Assembly (NCBI GenBank): GCA_965228875.1
Contig: OZ245843.1
Span: 2,834,616-2,898,615 of the forward strand
From: Thalassobaculaceae bacterium
Lineage (GTDB): Bacteria > Pseudomonadota > Alphaproteobacteria > Thalassobaculales > Thalassobaculaceae
Direction of reading: 5' to 3'
Length of the DNA: 64,000 nucleotides
Part shown: positions 55,975 through 64,000 of the stretch, one piece after another
Position numbering within the stretch: position 1 is the stretch's first letter
How the letters are laid out: each line of letters starts with the position of its first letter
The notes under the pieces: generated by a model
Database searches by the model: none
Told to the model about the DNA's origin: nothing
What the model saw: only the letters and a program-made list of their open reading frames with translations
Made by a program: the position numbers and the translations under genes

Positions 55975-57642
55975 ATGGCCGAGGACAGGGACGACATCGC
56001 GACGGTCGATGTCGCGATCGTGGGCGCCGGGTTCGCCGGCATGTACATGCTGCACCGGGTCCGCGGCATGGGGCTGGAGGCGGTGGTGTTCGAGACCGGC
56101 GACGGGGTCGGCGGCACCTGGTACTGGAACCGCTATCCCGGCGCGCGCTGCGACGTGGAGAGCATGGAGTACTCCTACCAGTTCGACGACGCCCTGCAGC
56201 AGGACTGGTCCTGGTCCGAGCGCTACGCCGCCCAGCCCGAGATCCTGACCTACGCCAACCATGTCGCCGACCGGTTCGACCTGCGGCGCGACATCCGCTT
56301 CGAGACCAGGGTGACCGCCGCCCGCTACGACGATGCCGCCGGCCTGTGGCAGGTCGAGACCGAAAGTAAGAAGGGTGGGCGCGACAGGGTCGCCGCCACC
56401 CATCTGGTGATGGCGACCGGGTGCCTCTCCTCCGCCAACGTGCCGCGGTTCGAGGGGATCGGGGACTTCAAGGGCGACTGGTACCACACCGGCCGCTGGC
56501 CGAAGGAAGGCGTGGACTTCTCCGGCAAGCGGGTGGCGGTGATCGGCACCGGCTCCTCCGCCATCCAGTCGATCCCGGTTATCGCCCGCCAGGCCGAACA
56601 TCTCACCGTGTTCCAGCGCACCCCGAACTATGCCGTTCCGGCCCAGAACCACCCGGTCGACGCCGAGCACGAGGCCTGGTTCAAGGCGAATTACAGGGAG
56701 CTGCGGGAGAAGGCGAAGGAGGGCCGCTCCGGACAGCTCTATTCGGTGCGCGACCTGAAATGGGGCAGCGAACCGCTGGAGGTCGCCGAGGCCGAGTTCG
56801 AGAGGCGCTGGCAGACCGGCGGCTTCTGCTTCCTCGGCGCCTATGTCGACCTGCTGGTCAGCAAGGAGGGCAACGACGTCGCCGCCGAGTTCGTGCGCAA
56901 CAAGATCCGCGCGGTCGTGAAGGATCCGAAGACCGCCGAACTGCTCTGTCCGACAAGCGTGATCGGCTGCAAGCGGATCTGCGTCGATACCGGCTATTTC
57001 GAGACCTATAACCGCGACAACGTCACCCTGGTCGACATCTCCGGCGATCCGATCGAGCGGCTGACCGAGGCCGGCCTGATCACTGGCGGCAGGGAGTACG
57101 AGTTCGACGCCATCGTCTTCGCCACCGGCTTCGACGCCATGACCGGAGCCCTGGCGCGGATCGACATCCGCGGACGCGGCGGCCTACCGCTCGCCGAGAA
57201 GTGGGAGGCCGGGCCGCGCACCTATCTCGGCCTGACCACCGTGGGTTTCCCCAACCTGTTCTTCATCACCGGCCCCGGCAGCCCCTCGGTGCTGACCAAC
57301 ATGCTGCCCAGCATCGAACAGCACGTGGACTATGTGAGCGACATCATCGGGTACCTGCGGGCCCACGACCGGACCACGATCGAGCCGGAACAGGACGCCG
57401 AGGACGCCTGGATCGAGCACGTGAACGCGGTCGCCGGCGGCACGCTCTACCCCACGTGCAACTCCTGGTATCTCGGCGCCAACGTGCCGGGCAAGCCGCG
57501 GGTGTTCATGCCCTACCCGGGGTTTCCGGCCTATGTGCGGAAATGCGAGGAGATCGCCGCCAAGGGGTACGAGGGGTTCCGGCTCGGGAAGCGGAAATCA
57601 GGACACTTCATTGCTTACCCCCCTACAAGTGTTAGGGCATAA
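55975..57642 (+). CDS. Baeyer-Villiger monooxygenase (cyclohexanone/phenylacetone monooxygenase-like)
   Basis: GAGFAG, GGTWYWNRYPGARCD, FKGDWYHTGRWP fingerprint, GTGSSAIQ, ATGFDA, SWYLGAN.PGK. Confidence 0.95.
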   Translation: MAEDRDDIATVDVAIVGAGFAGMYMLHRVRGMGLEAVVFETGDGVGGTWYWNRYPGARCDVESMEYSYQFDDALQQDWSWSERYAAQPEILTYANHVADRFDLRRDIRFETRVTAARYDDAAGLWQVETESKKGGRDRVAATHLVMATGCLSSANVPRFEGIGDFKGDWYHTGRWPKEGVDFSGKRVAVIGTGSSAIQSIPVIARQAEHLTVFQRTPNYAVPAQNHPVDAEHEAWFKANYRELREKAKEGRSGQLYSVRDLKWGSEPLEVAEAEFERRWQTGGFCFLGAYVDLLVSKEGNDVAAEFVRNKIRAVVKDPKTAELLCPTSVIGCKRICVDTGYFETYNRDNVTLVDISGDPIERLTEAGLITGGREYEFDAIVFATGFDAMTGALARIDIRGRGGLPLAEKWEAGPRTYLGLTTVGFPNLFFITGPGSPSVLTNMLPSIEQHVDYVSDIIGYLRAHDRTTIEPEQDAEDAWIEHVNAVAGGTLYPTCNSWYLGANVPGKPRVFMPYPGFPAYVRKCEEIAAKGYEGFRLGKRKSGHFIAYPPTSVRA

Positions 57643-57660
57643 ATATTGGATTTTTATTCA

Positions 57661-58842
57661 TTATTGCCAATCTGGCATTTCTCGTCGAATAAATTCATCA
57701 AAAAGAGGAACAGTGAAATCTGTGTTCCCATAAGAGGGGCTATAAATCATACCTTTCGCTATCAGACTTGACCTAGTTGGAGCAACCGTAGACACTTTAG
57801 CGCCATACTGTTTTGCAATATCGCCCGAGGAATGCGGACCAGCCCCTAAACTGGCCATCGCGTACATATATCGTCTTTCAGTCGGCGTCATCCTCTCTAA
57901 GCGTACTCTGAAAAAGCTCTCATCGAGTCTTTTGACGGCTTCAGGTCCAGATTTTTCTATAACACTTTTCTGAATCGGAGAATGCTTTGCGATGTTCCAT
58001 GCTACATAAGCCCATTCCTGCAAGAAATATGGATACCCTTTCGTAACATGATAAATTTCATCAAGCGCTTCTGCTGAGAACTCTACCTCCTCTTGATTTG
58101 CAGGTTCTGCGACCGCGAGACAGGCGTCTTCTTTGCTCAGCGCCTCTACTCTTGGAAAATCGAATAATCTTTCAGCATACGACTTTGACTCTCCCATCTT
58201 TCCTAGTAACTGTGGCAATCCAGCACCAATCAAAACGATCGGAAGTCCACGCTGGTTTGCCCTATGCATTGACATAACAATCGCGCTCATCTCTTCTCTG
58301 GAAAGATACTGCATTTCATCAATGAGCAATGCGATTGCAGTTCCCCGAGCGAAGCCAGCATCACCCACAACATGAATCAGCTCTGGTAGGTCATTTTCGA
58401 TATCGCCACTATCAGCAACCCCTTCTTCCTCACCAAAATCCAAGCCAACCTCGACTTCGCCCACCCTTACATTGACTGCACTTGCGAATCTCTTAAGTAT
58501 AGAGAGCCCTCGCCGCGCAGCCTCTTTAGCTTTTTCCGTTCTGCTAATTCTAATCAATGCCTGCCTAAGTTTCGGAACTATCAACGATGCCAAAGACGCG
58601 TTATCGTGCGCCTCTATATATATGACAATATATTGATCATCTTCGGCTAGTTCTTGAACACGATTCAATACGACTGTTTTGCCGACACCTCGCAGCCCAA
58701 CTGCAACAAAACTTTTTCCATGTCGTCCAAGTTTTGCTCGCTGAAGCGATAGTGTCGCCGCAGACACGAGATCATCGCGCCCAGCTAGGAGCGGTGGGCG
58801 AGTGCCTGCACCTGGAGCATACGGATTTCTGGCCGGGTCCAT
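57661..58842 (-). CDS. AAA+/STAND-like (ORC/Cdc6-related) ATPase with probable C-terminal winged helix
   Basis: NPYAPGAG..P..LAGR N-terminus, Walker A GLRGVGKT, Walker B LLIDEMQ, YAERLF, GYPYFLQ, and a C-terminal SSGDIAKQY...RSSLIAKGMIY...FTVPLF. Start is ATG 58842 or TTG 58854. Confidence 0.88.
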   Translation of the reverse strand: MDPARNPYAPGAGTRPPLLAGRDDLVSAATLSLQRAKLGRHGKSFVAVGLRGVGKTVVLNRVQELAEDDQYIVIYIEAHDNASLASLIVPKLRQALIRISRTEKAKEAARRGLSILKRFASAVNVRVGEVEVGLDFGEEEGVADSGDIENDLPELIHVVGDAGFARGTAIALLIDEMQYLSREEMSAIVMSMHRANQRGLPIVLIGAGLPQLLGKMGESKSYAERLFDFPRVEALSKEDACLAVAEPANQEEVEFSAEALDEIYHVTKGYPYFLQEWAYVAWNIAKHSPIQKSVIEKSGPEAVKRLDESFFRVRLERMTPTERRYMYAMASLGAGPHSSGDIAKQYGAKVSTVAPTRSSLIAKGMIYSPSYGNTDFTVPLFDEFIRREMPDWQ

Positions 58843-58901
58843 GTCGTATCTCAAATTGGCGGATCAACGATCTGTCGACTACCAACCTTAATAGCATCAA
58901 G

Positions 58902-59058
58902 CTAGTTTAGCAAGTTTAGGAAGGATTTGCTCGATTAGGGTGTTTATCGAGATTAGCCTGTTTAGATCGGTTAGGCGGTTTAGAGACATTGGGAAGTTTA
59001 TTGAGCTTAGCACAATTAAAAGCTTTATGCAGATCAATCAGGTTAGCCAAAAAATTAG
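58902..59058 (-). repeat. Array of 17 short motifs (consensus CTAA(A/T)C) at 9-nt period, directly upstream of the ATPase
   Basis: Plus-strand TTAG-like cores start at 58907, 58916, 58926, 58935, 58944, 58953, 58962, 58971, 58980, 58989, 58998, 59007, 59016, 59025, 59034, 59043 and 59055. Confidence 0.9.
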
Positions 59059-59128
59059 CGAAAGGCCGGTAGTGGTAGAGAACGACCCATTTGGGTGGGG
59101 GCGCCTACTCGTCGATAGCAAGCCTCGG

Positions 59129-60181
59129 TCAGATCCCCGTCACCCTATCCGGCGCCGCCGGCAGTTCGCCGCGTTCGACGGCGTGCACCGCGGCCTGCAG
59201 GCCGCGGTTGGCCGGGGCGTCGATGCCGATCTCCGCGCCCCGGTCGGCGATGAAGCCGTTGATGGCGTCTACCTCGGTGCGCCGGCCCTTGGCGATGTCC
59301 TGGGCCATGGAGGGACGGCTCTCCTCGCTGCGGCCCTCGCAGGCGGCGAGCATCTCGGCCTCGATGATCTCGCGCTGCTTGGCGTCGCCCTTCCAGGCGG
59401 CGATCCACTCCTCGGCCTTGAACTTGGCGATGGTCTCCAGCTCGTAGCCCAGCGCCTGGCCGATCGCCGCCGCCTCGCCGCACAGGCGGATCTGCAGCCA
59501 GCGGACGTCCGGGTTGCGGGCCATGCCGTTGTTGGCGAGACCGCTGGCGGCACTGACGCCGTTCTGGTGGCCGTTGACGCACAGCTTGGACCAGCGTTCG
59601 CCCCACAGGTTGGTCGTGGTCTTGGCGCTGTCGATGCTGGCGAGCATGTCACGGATGCGCTCGATCCGCGGGGTGATCCGGCCGTGCGGTTCGCCCACGC
59701 GGAACACCGTGTGCTGGTTGCCGCCGAGCGGCACGCCGCGCCGCACCTCGGCGGGGCCGGTCATCTCGACGGCGATCTTGGCGGCGATGCAGCCGACCAC
59801 ACGCCCCCAGCCGACGACGCCCGCGATCGTCTCCTCGTTGATGCAGTTCTGCAGCGACACCACCACGGCGCCGGGCGCCAGGTAGTCGCGGATCATCGCG
59901 GTCGCCCAGGCGGTGTCGTAGGACTTGGTGCAGATGAAGGCGATGTCGACCAGCCCGGTCTTCTTCAGCGACTGCACGTCCGTCAGATGGATCGCCCGGG
60001 CCGGCGTGTTGAAGCATTCGGGCTCGGTCAGCCCGGCCAGGGTCAGGCCCTTGGCGTTGATGGTCTCGACGTTCTCCGGCCACGGGTCGATCAGGGTGAC
60101 ATCCTCGCCGGCGCGCGAGAGGTAGCCGCCGACATAGGCGCCGACGGCGCCGGCACCGACGATCGCGATGCGTTCGCTCAT
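59129..60181 (-). CDS. Ketopantoate reductase (PanE/ApbA) family protein
   Basis: GAGAVG, TKSYD, SLQN, WSKL..N, PSMAQD..KGRRTEVDAING. Confidence 0.9.
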   Translation of the reverse strand: MSERIAIVGAGAVGAYVGGYLSRAGEDVTLIDPWPENVETINAKGLTLAGLTEPECFNTPARAIHLTDVQSLKKTGLVDIAFICTKSYDTAWATAMIRDYLAPGAVVVSLQNCINEETIAGVVGWGRVVGCIAAKIAVEMTGPAEVRRGVPLGGNQHTVFRVGEPHGRITPRIERIRDMLASIDSAKTTTNLWGERWSKLCVNGHQNGVSAASGLANNGMARNPDVRWLQIRLCGEAAAIGQALGYELETIAKFKAEEWIAAWKGDAKQREIIEAEMLAACEGRSEESRPSMAQDIAKGRRTEVDAINGFIADRGAEIGIDAPANRGLQAAVHAVERGELPAAPDRVTGI

Positions 60182-60206
60182 GGTCTCTGTCCTTGCTCGT
60201 ATACGT

Positions 60207-61061
60207 TCAGTGCGGCCGGTCGCCGCCGCCGATGGTCAGGCGGTGCATCACGCGCCGCTCGCCCGGATAGTCGTTCAGCGCCCGATGCTGGGTGCAGCGG
60301 TTGTCCCAGATCACCAGCGTCCCTCTGCGGTAGGGCGCGCGGGCGGTGAAGTCCGGGGTGGCGGCATGGTCCTTCAGGAAGCCGACCAGGGCGTCGCTCT
60401 CCTTATCGGTCATCCCCTTGATCCGATAGAGGTGGCTGCCGCTGACGTAGAGTGCCTTGCGGCCGGTCTCGGGGTGGGTGCGCACCAGCGGATGCTCGCT
60501 TTCCATCTTCGGCGCGTTCTCGACGTTCATGGCGTTGAACCGGGTACCGCCCATCAGCGCCGCCCGACCGCCGCGCCGCCCCTTCAGGTCGCCGCTGTAC
60601 ACGCCCGTCAGCCCGTCGACGACGCTTCGCATGACAGGACTCAGGGTCTCGTAGGCCCGATAGAGGTTGGTCAGGAGCGTATCGCCGCCGCGCGACGGCA
60701 CCTCGTGGGCATAGAGCATCGTGGCGATCGGCGGGCGTTCGTCGAACGACATGTCGGTATGCCACTCACCGCCGAAATTCTTCTCCTCGTCCGGCTCCTT
60801 GCGGATCTCGAACACCTCCGGGTGCTCCTCCAGCCCCTTGACGAAGGGATAGGGCACCAGCGGGCCGAAGCGCTGGGCGAAAGCCTTGTTCTGCTCGACC
60901 GTCAGGTCCTGATCGTGGAACACCAGAAGCTGGTTCTCCAGGAACGCGCGATGGATCTCGGAGAAGATCTCGTTGCCGAGTTCGGTCGACAGATCGACGC
61001 CGGACACCTCCGCTCCCAGGGTGCCACCGATCGGCTTTACGGTTATGGTCTCGTACTGCAT
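60207..61061 (-). CDS. TauD/TfdA family 2OG-dependent dioxygenase
   Basis: WHTD, GGDTL, HPLVRTHPETGRKAL, WDNRCTQH, R.MHR. Confidence 0.93.
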   Translation of the reverse strand: MQYETITVKPIGGTLGAEVSGVDLSTELGNEIFSEIHRAFLENQLLVFHDQDLTVEQNKAFAQRFGPLVPYPFVKGLEEHPEVFEIRKEPDEEKNFGGEWHTDMSFDERPPIATMLYAHEVPSRGGDTLLTNLYRAYETLSPVMRSVVDGLTGVYSGDLKGRRGGRAALMGGTRFNAMNVENAPKMESEHPLVRTHPETGRKALYVSGSHLYRIKGMTDKESDALVGFLKDHAATPDFTARAPYRRGTLVIWDNRCTQHRALNDYPGERRVMHRLTIGGGDRPH

Positions 61062-61163
61062 CGCCCTTCCTCCCGTGCGGACCGTCGGTTCGGCGCGATC
61101 CTTGAGCCCGATCTCAGCACGGGCCGTCGCCCGCCGTCACCCCACCAATTTCGCGGAGCCCCT

Positions 61164-62063
61164 TTGTCCCACGCCCCCGCAAGACCCGCCGCCAACGCCT
61201 ACGTGCTGCTGGTGCTGACGACCCTTTCCTGGGGCGCCAATGCCGTCGCCGCCAAGATGTCGGTCGGCGAGATGTCGCCCATGCTGCTCACCCTGCTGCG
61301 CTGGTTCGGGGTCGTCATCCTGCTCGCGATCTTCGCCCGCGGCCGGGTTTCGGCGGAATGGCCGGTGCTGCGCCGGCATGCCGGCAGGATCTTCATCATG
61401 GGCGCGCTCGGCTTCAGCGTGTTCAACACGATGATGTACGTCGCCGCCCAGCACACCCAGGCGGTCAATATCGGCATTCTTCAGGGCTCGATTCCGATCT
61501 TCGTCCTGCTCGGGGCCTTCGCCGCCTACCGCACGCCGGTGCGCGGTGTGCAGGTGCTCGGCGTCGCCGTGACGATGCTCGGCGTCGCCATCGTCGCCTC
61601 GAAGGGCGACCTCGGACGCCTCGCCGCGCTGGAGCTGAACCGCGGAGACATGCTGATCGTCTTCGCCTGCATGCTCTATGCCGGATACACCGTCGCCCTG
61701 CGCAGCCGCCCGCCGCTCTCCGGCCTCGCCATGTTCGCCGGCCTGGCGACCGCCGCGTTCCTGACCTCGATTCCGATCGCCGCCTACGAGTACGCCGCCG
61801 GCGATTTCCAGGCCCCGACCCTCAAAGGCTGGGCCATCGTAGCCTTCGTGTCGGTGGTCCCGTCGTTCCTGGCGCAGATTTCGTTCCTGCTGGCGGTCGA
61901 TCAGGTCGGACCCGGCCGCGCCGGTGTGTTCGTCAACCTGGTGCCGATCTTCGCCGCCGTGCTCAGCATCGCCATCCTGGGCGAGCATTTCGGCCTGTAT
62001 CACGCCCTGGCGCTCGCCCTCGTGCTGGGCGGCATCGCCATCGCCGAGCGCTTCAAACGCTGA
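61164..62063 (+). CDS. EamA/DMT family transporter
   Basis: About 10 TM segments, WG.N, GPGRAGVFVNLVP; TTG start after GGAG. Confidence 0.9.
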   Translation: MSHAPARPAANAYVLLVLTTLSWGANAVAAKMSVGEMSPMLLTLLRWFGVVILLAIFARGRVSAEWPVLRRHAGRIFIMGALGFSVFNTMMYVAAQHTQAVNIGILQGSIPIFVLLGAFAAYRTPVRGVQVLGVAVTMLGVAIVASKGDLGRLAALELNRGDMLIVFACMLYAGYTVALRSRPPLSGLAMFAGLATAAFLTSIPIAAYEYAAGDFQAPTLKGWAIVAFVSVVPSFLAQISFLLAVDQVGPGRAGVFVNLVPIFAAVLSIAILGEHFGLYHALALALVLGGIAIAERFKR

Positions 62064-62074
62064 GGGAGGCTCCC

Positions 62075-63226
62075 ATGCCCGCCACGCCGCAGCCGTTCAT
62101 CCTGTCGATTCCCGACGCCGACCTCGACGACCTGCGGGCACGTCTCGCCCTGGCCCGGTTCCCGGACCGCACGCCGGGCGAGCCCTGGGCCTACGGCACC
62201 GACCCGGATTACCTGCGCGAGTTGGTCGCCTACTGGCGCGACGCGTTCGACTGGCGCGCTGAGGAGACCGCCCTCAACGCGTTTCCGCAGTATCGGGTCG
62301 AACTGGATGGCTGCCCGCTCCACTACCTTCATGTCGAGGGCCGGGGGCCGTCGCCGATCCCGCTGCTGCTGCTGCACGGCTGGCCGGGCTCGATCTACGA
62401 GTTCCTGGATCTGATCCCGCTGCTGACCGACCCGGCGGCCCACGGTGCGCCCGACGCGCCGAGCTTCACGGTCATCGCCCCGTCCCTGCCGGGATACACC
62501 CTGTCCTTCGCGCCCGACCAGAAACGCTTCTCCTGCGAAGCGATGGCCGCCACGGTCGCCCGCCTGATGGACGATGTGCTGGGCATCGCCTCCTACATGG
62601 TTCAGGGCGGCGACTGGGGCTCCTTCGTCGGCTCGCGGGTCGCCTATGACCACCCGGACCGGGTGCGGGCGCTGCACCTGAACCTCCTGCCCCTGCGCCG
62701 GGACACCGCCGCGCCCGAAAACCCGACGCCGGAGGAGACGGCCTATCTGGACGAACTCCGCCTGTTCCTCAAAGAGGAGACCGGATACCAGTGGATCCAG
62801 GGCACCCGGCCGCAGACTCTGGCCTCGGCCCTCGCCGACTCGCCGTCGGGCCTCGCCGCCTGGATCGCCGAGAAGTTCCACGCCTGGACCGACAACGGCG
62901 GGCGGATCGAGAACGCGGTCGGTCGCGACCGCATGCTGGCGGATATCTCGCTCTACTGGTTCACCGGCTGCATCGGATCCTCGTTCTGGCCGTACTACGC
63001 GCGCATGCACTCCCCCTGGCCGATCCCGAGCGGCGGAAAGATCACCGTTCCGACCGGTTATCTGCAATCTCCACGCGAGATACTGCGACCGCCACGCGTC
63101 GCCGCCGAACGAGTCTACAGCGATATCCGCCTGTGGACGGAGCAGGCCAAGGGCGGTCACTTCGCGGCCCTGGAAAACCCGGCGGCCCTCGCCCACGAGA
63201 TCCGCACCCTCGCATCCACGATTTGA
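62075..63226 (+). CDS. Epoxide hydrolase (microsomal type, EHN domain)
   Basis: HGWPGS, PSLPGY, QGGDWG, GGHFAALE; ATG at 62075 after GGAGG. Confidence 0.93.
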   Translation: MPATPQPFILSIPDADLDDLRARLALARFPDRTPGEPWAYGTDPDYLRELVAYWRDAFDWRAEETALNAFPQYRVELDGCPLHYLHVEGRGPSPIPLLLLHGWPGSIYEFLDLIPLLTDPAAHGAPDAPSFTVIAPSLPGYTLSFAPDQKRFSCEAMAATVARLMDDVLGIASYMVQGGDWGSFVGSRVAYDHPDRVRALHLNLLPLRRDTAAPENPTPEETAYLDELRLFLKEETGYQWIQGTRPQTLASALADSPSGLAAWIAEKFHAWTDNGGRIENAVGRDRMLADISLYWFTGCIGSSFWPYYARMHSPWPIPSGGKITVPTGYLQSPREILRPPRVAAERVYSDIRLWTEQAKGGHFAALENPAALAHEIRTLASTI

Positions 63227-63314
63227 GCGCCTCTCACGGGTTTGTTCGCCAAACAACCTTCAATTGTTCACAAACTCCCTGCTAAGGTGTCGGCATCAAC
63301 TCGGGAGATTCGCC

Positions 63315-64000
63315 ATGAGCAGTGAAGAATTCACGAAAAAGGGCATGAAACGCCGCGACTTCCTGGCCGGTGCCGGCGCGATGGCGCTGAGCCTGCCGAT
63401 GCTGCCGCGGGCGGCCGTCGCGCAGGGGACGGGACCGGGCGTGGCGCCGGCGGGGACGCCGATCCATCGCCTCGGCATCTATCCGGCGATCGGCCTCTGC
63501 CGGGTCGGCAGCGGGAGCAACTGGTTCCACGCGCCCGAGATCCCGGGTATGCCGCCGCACGCGCCCCAGGGCTACAAGGACGGTACCGAGAAGATCAACA
63601 AGCAGGTCCAGCGGTTCCGGATCTACGCCTTCTCCAAGGAGGGGCAGGTCATCAAGGAGATCACCGCGGATGACGGCGACATCCAGTGGACCGTCCACCT
63701 GGCCAACACCAAGGCGGCCTGGTACGGCTTCAACAACCCGATGGACAACGGCGACCTAGCGCCCGGCATTCCGGGGCAGCAACGCAACCAGTATTTCACG
63801 ACGCCGGAGCAGCGCCTGCAAAACCTGGTGATCGACGGCGGCGCGACCACCGTGTCGGGGCGCGGCAACAACCGCAACGGCGACCGCGACCAGAACGCCA
63901 TGGACGGCGTGTTCTGGGGCAGCGAGACCGTCAACCTCGGCAATCTCGGCACCGACGCCTCCGGACGCCTGCTGGTGTTCCCGCCGGACGGTGTCTCGAA
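63315..64000 (+). CDS. Tat-exported LodA/GoxA family CTQ-dependent oxidase (partial, runs off window end)
   Basis: Own translation, not in the ORF track: MSSEEFTKKGMKRRDFLAG (twin-arginine signal), IYPAIGLCRVG, QVQRFRIY, WTVHLANTKAAWY, LGNLGTDASGRLLV. Confidence 0.85.
   Translation, partial: MSSEEFTKKGMKRRDFLAGAGAMALSLPMLPRAAVAQGTGPGVAPAGTPIHRLGIYPAIGLCRVGSGSNWFHAPEIPGMPPHAPQGYKDGTEKINKQVQRFRIYAFSKEGQVIKEITADDGDIQWTVHLANTKAAWYGFNNPMDNGDLAPGIPGQQRNQYFTTPEQRLQNLVIDGGATTVSGRGNNRNGDRDQNAMDGVFWGSETVNLGNLGTDASGRLLVFPPDGVS

Larger units (their letters stand above)
57590..59110. other. Low-GC horizontally acquired islet (ATPase gene plus periodic array); boundaries approximate
   Basis: Abrupt shift to AT-rich sequence and A/T-ending codons between two host-like GC-rich genes. 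No integrase or transposase seen. Confidence 0.85.

Noticed and set aside
58902..59058. Array as a CRISPR array
   Set aside because: The unit is only 9 nt, with no 23-50 nt repeats or spacers, and there are no cas genes in the window.
58935..59072. Plus-strand LxxLxx reading (LGCLSRLACLDRLGGLETLGSLLSLAQLKAL...) as the cause of the periodicity
   Set aside because: There is an in-frame stop at 58917 and no start codon before the repeats. Leu is almost always TTA rather than a synonymous mix, and the 10-nt interval breaks the frame while the motif continues. This favours a nucleotide-level constraint, though a coding origin is not fully excluded.
57590..59110. Islet as an IS element or prophage remnant
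   Set aside because: No transposase, integrase, terminal inverted repeats or target-site duplication were recognised.
58940..60349. 469-aa plus-strand ORF starting in the array
   Set aside because: It is mostly the antisense shadow of the PanE-like gene and has no recognisable domain.

Overview
A GC-rich (roughly 68-70% by eye) chromosomal segment of an alphaproteobacterium, probably Rhodospirillales-like judging by the synteny addA-trxA-folC-accD-trpAB, clpB, prfA-prmC, ispG-rodZ-ptsP-lysC-ubiG, chvIG and coaBC-dut. Most of the window is housekeeping and catabolic genes: an acyl-CoA ligase/LIV-type ABC cluster, an ECF sigma/anti-sigma/2OG-oxygenase operon, a ComDE-like ThDP decarboxylase pair, a GMC oxidoreductase, a Baeyer-Villiger monooxygenase, TauD, an epoxide hydrolase and the start of a Tat-exported LodA/GoxA-type oxidase. 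The stand-out element is a ~1.5 kb low-GC insert (~57590-59110). It carries one orphan AAA+/STAND-like ATPase with a probable C-terminal winged helix. Directly upstream of that gene is an array of 17 short CTAA(A/T)C-type motifs, almost all spaced exactly 9 nt apart with variable 3-5 nt fillers (58902-59058). I do not recognise this array as CRISPR, a tandem duplication or an IS end, and it suggests an ATPase + periodic DNA/RNA scaffold system. No rRNA, tRNA, CRISPR array, transposase or integrase was recognised. All calls are from motif recognition by eye, without database searches.
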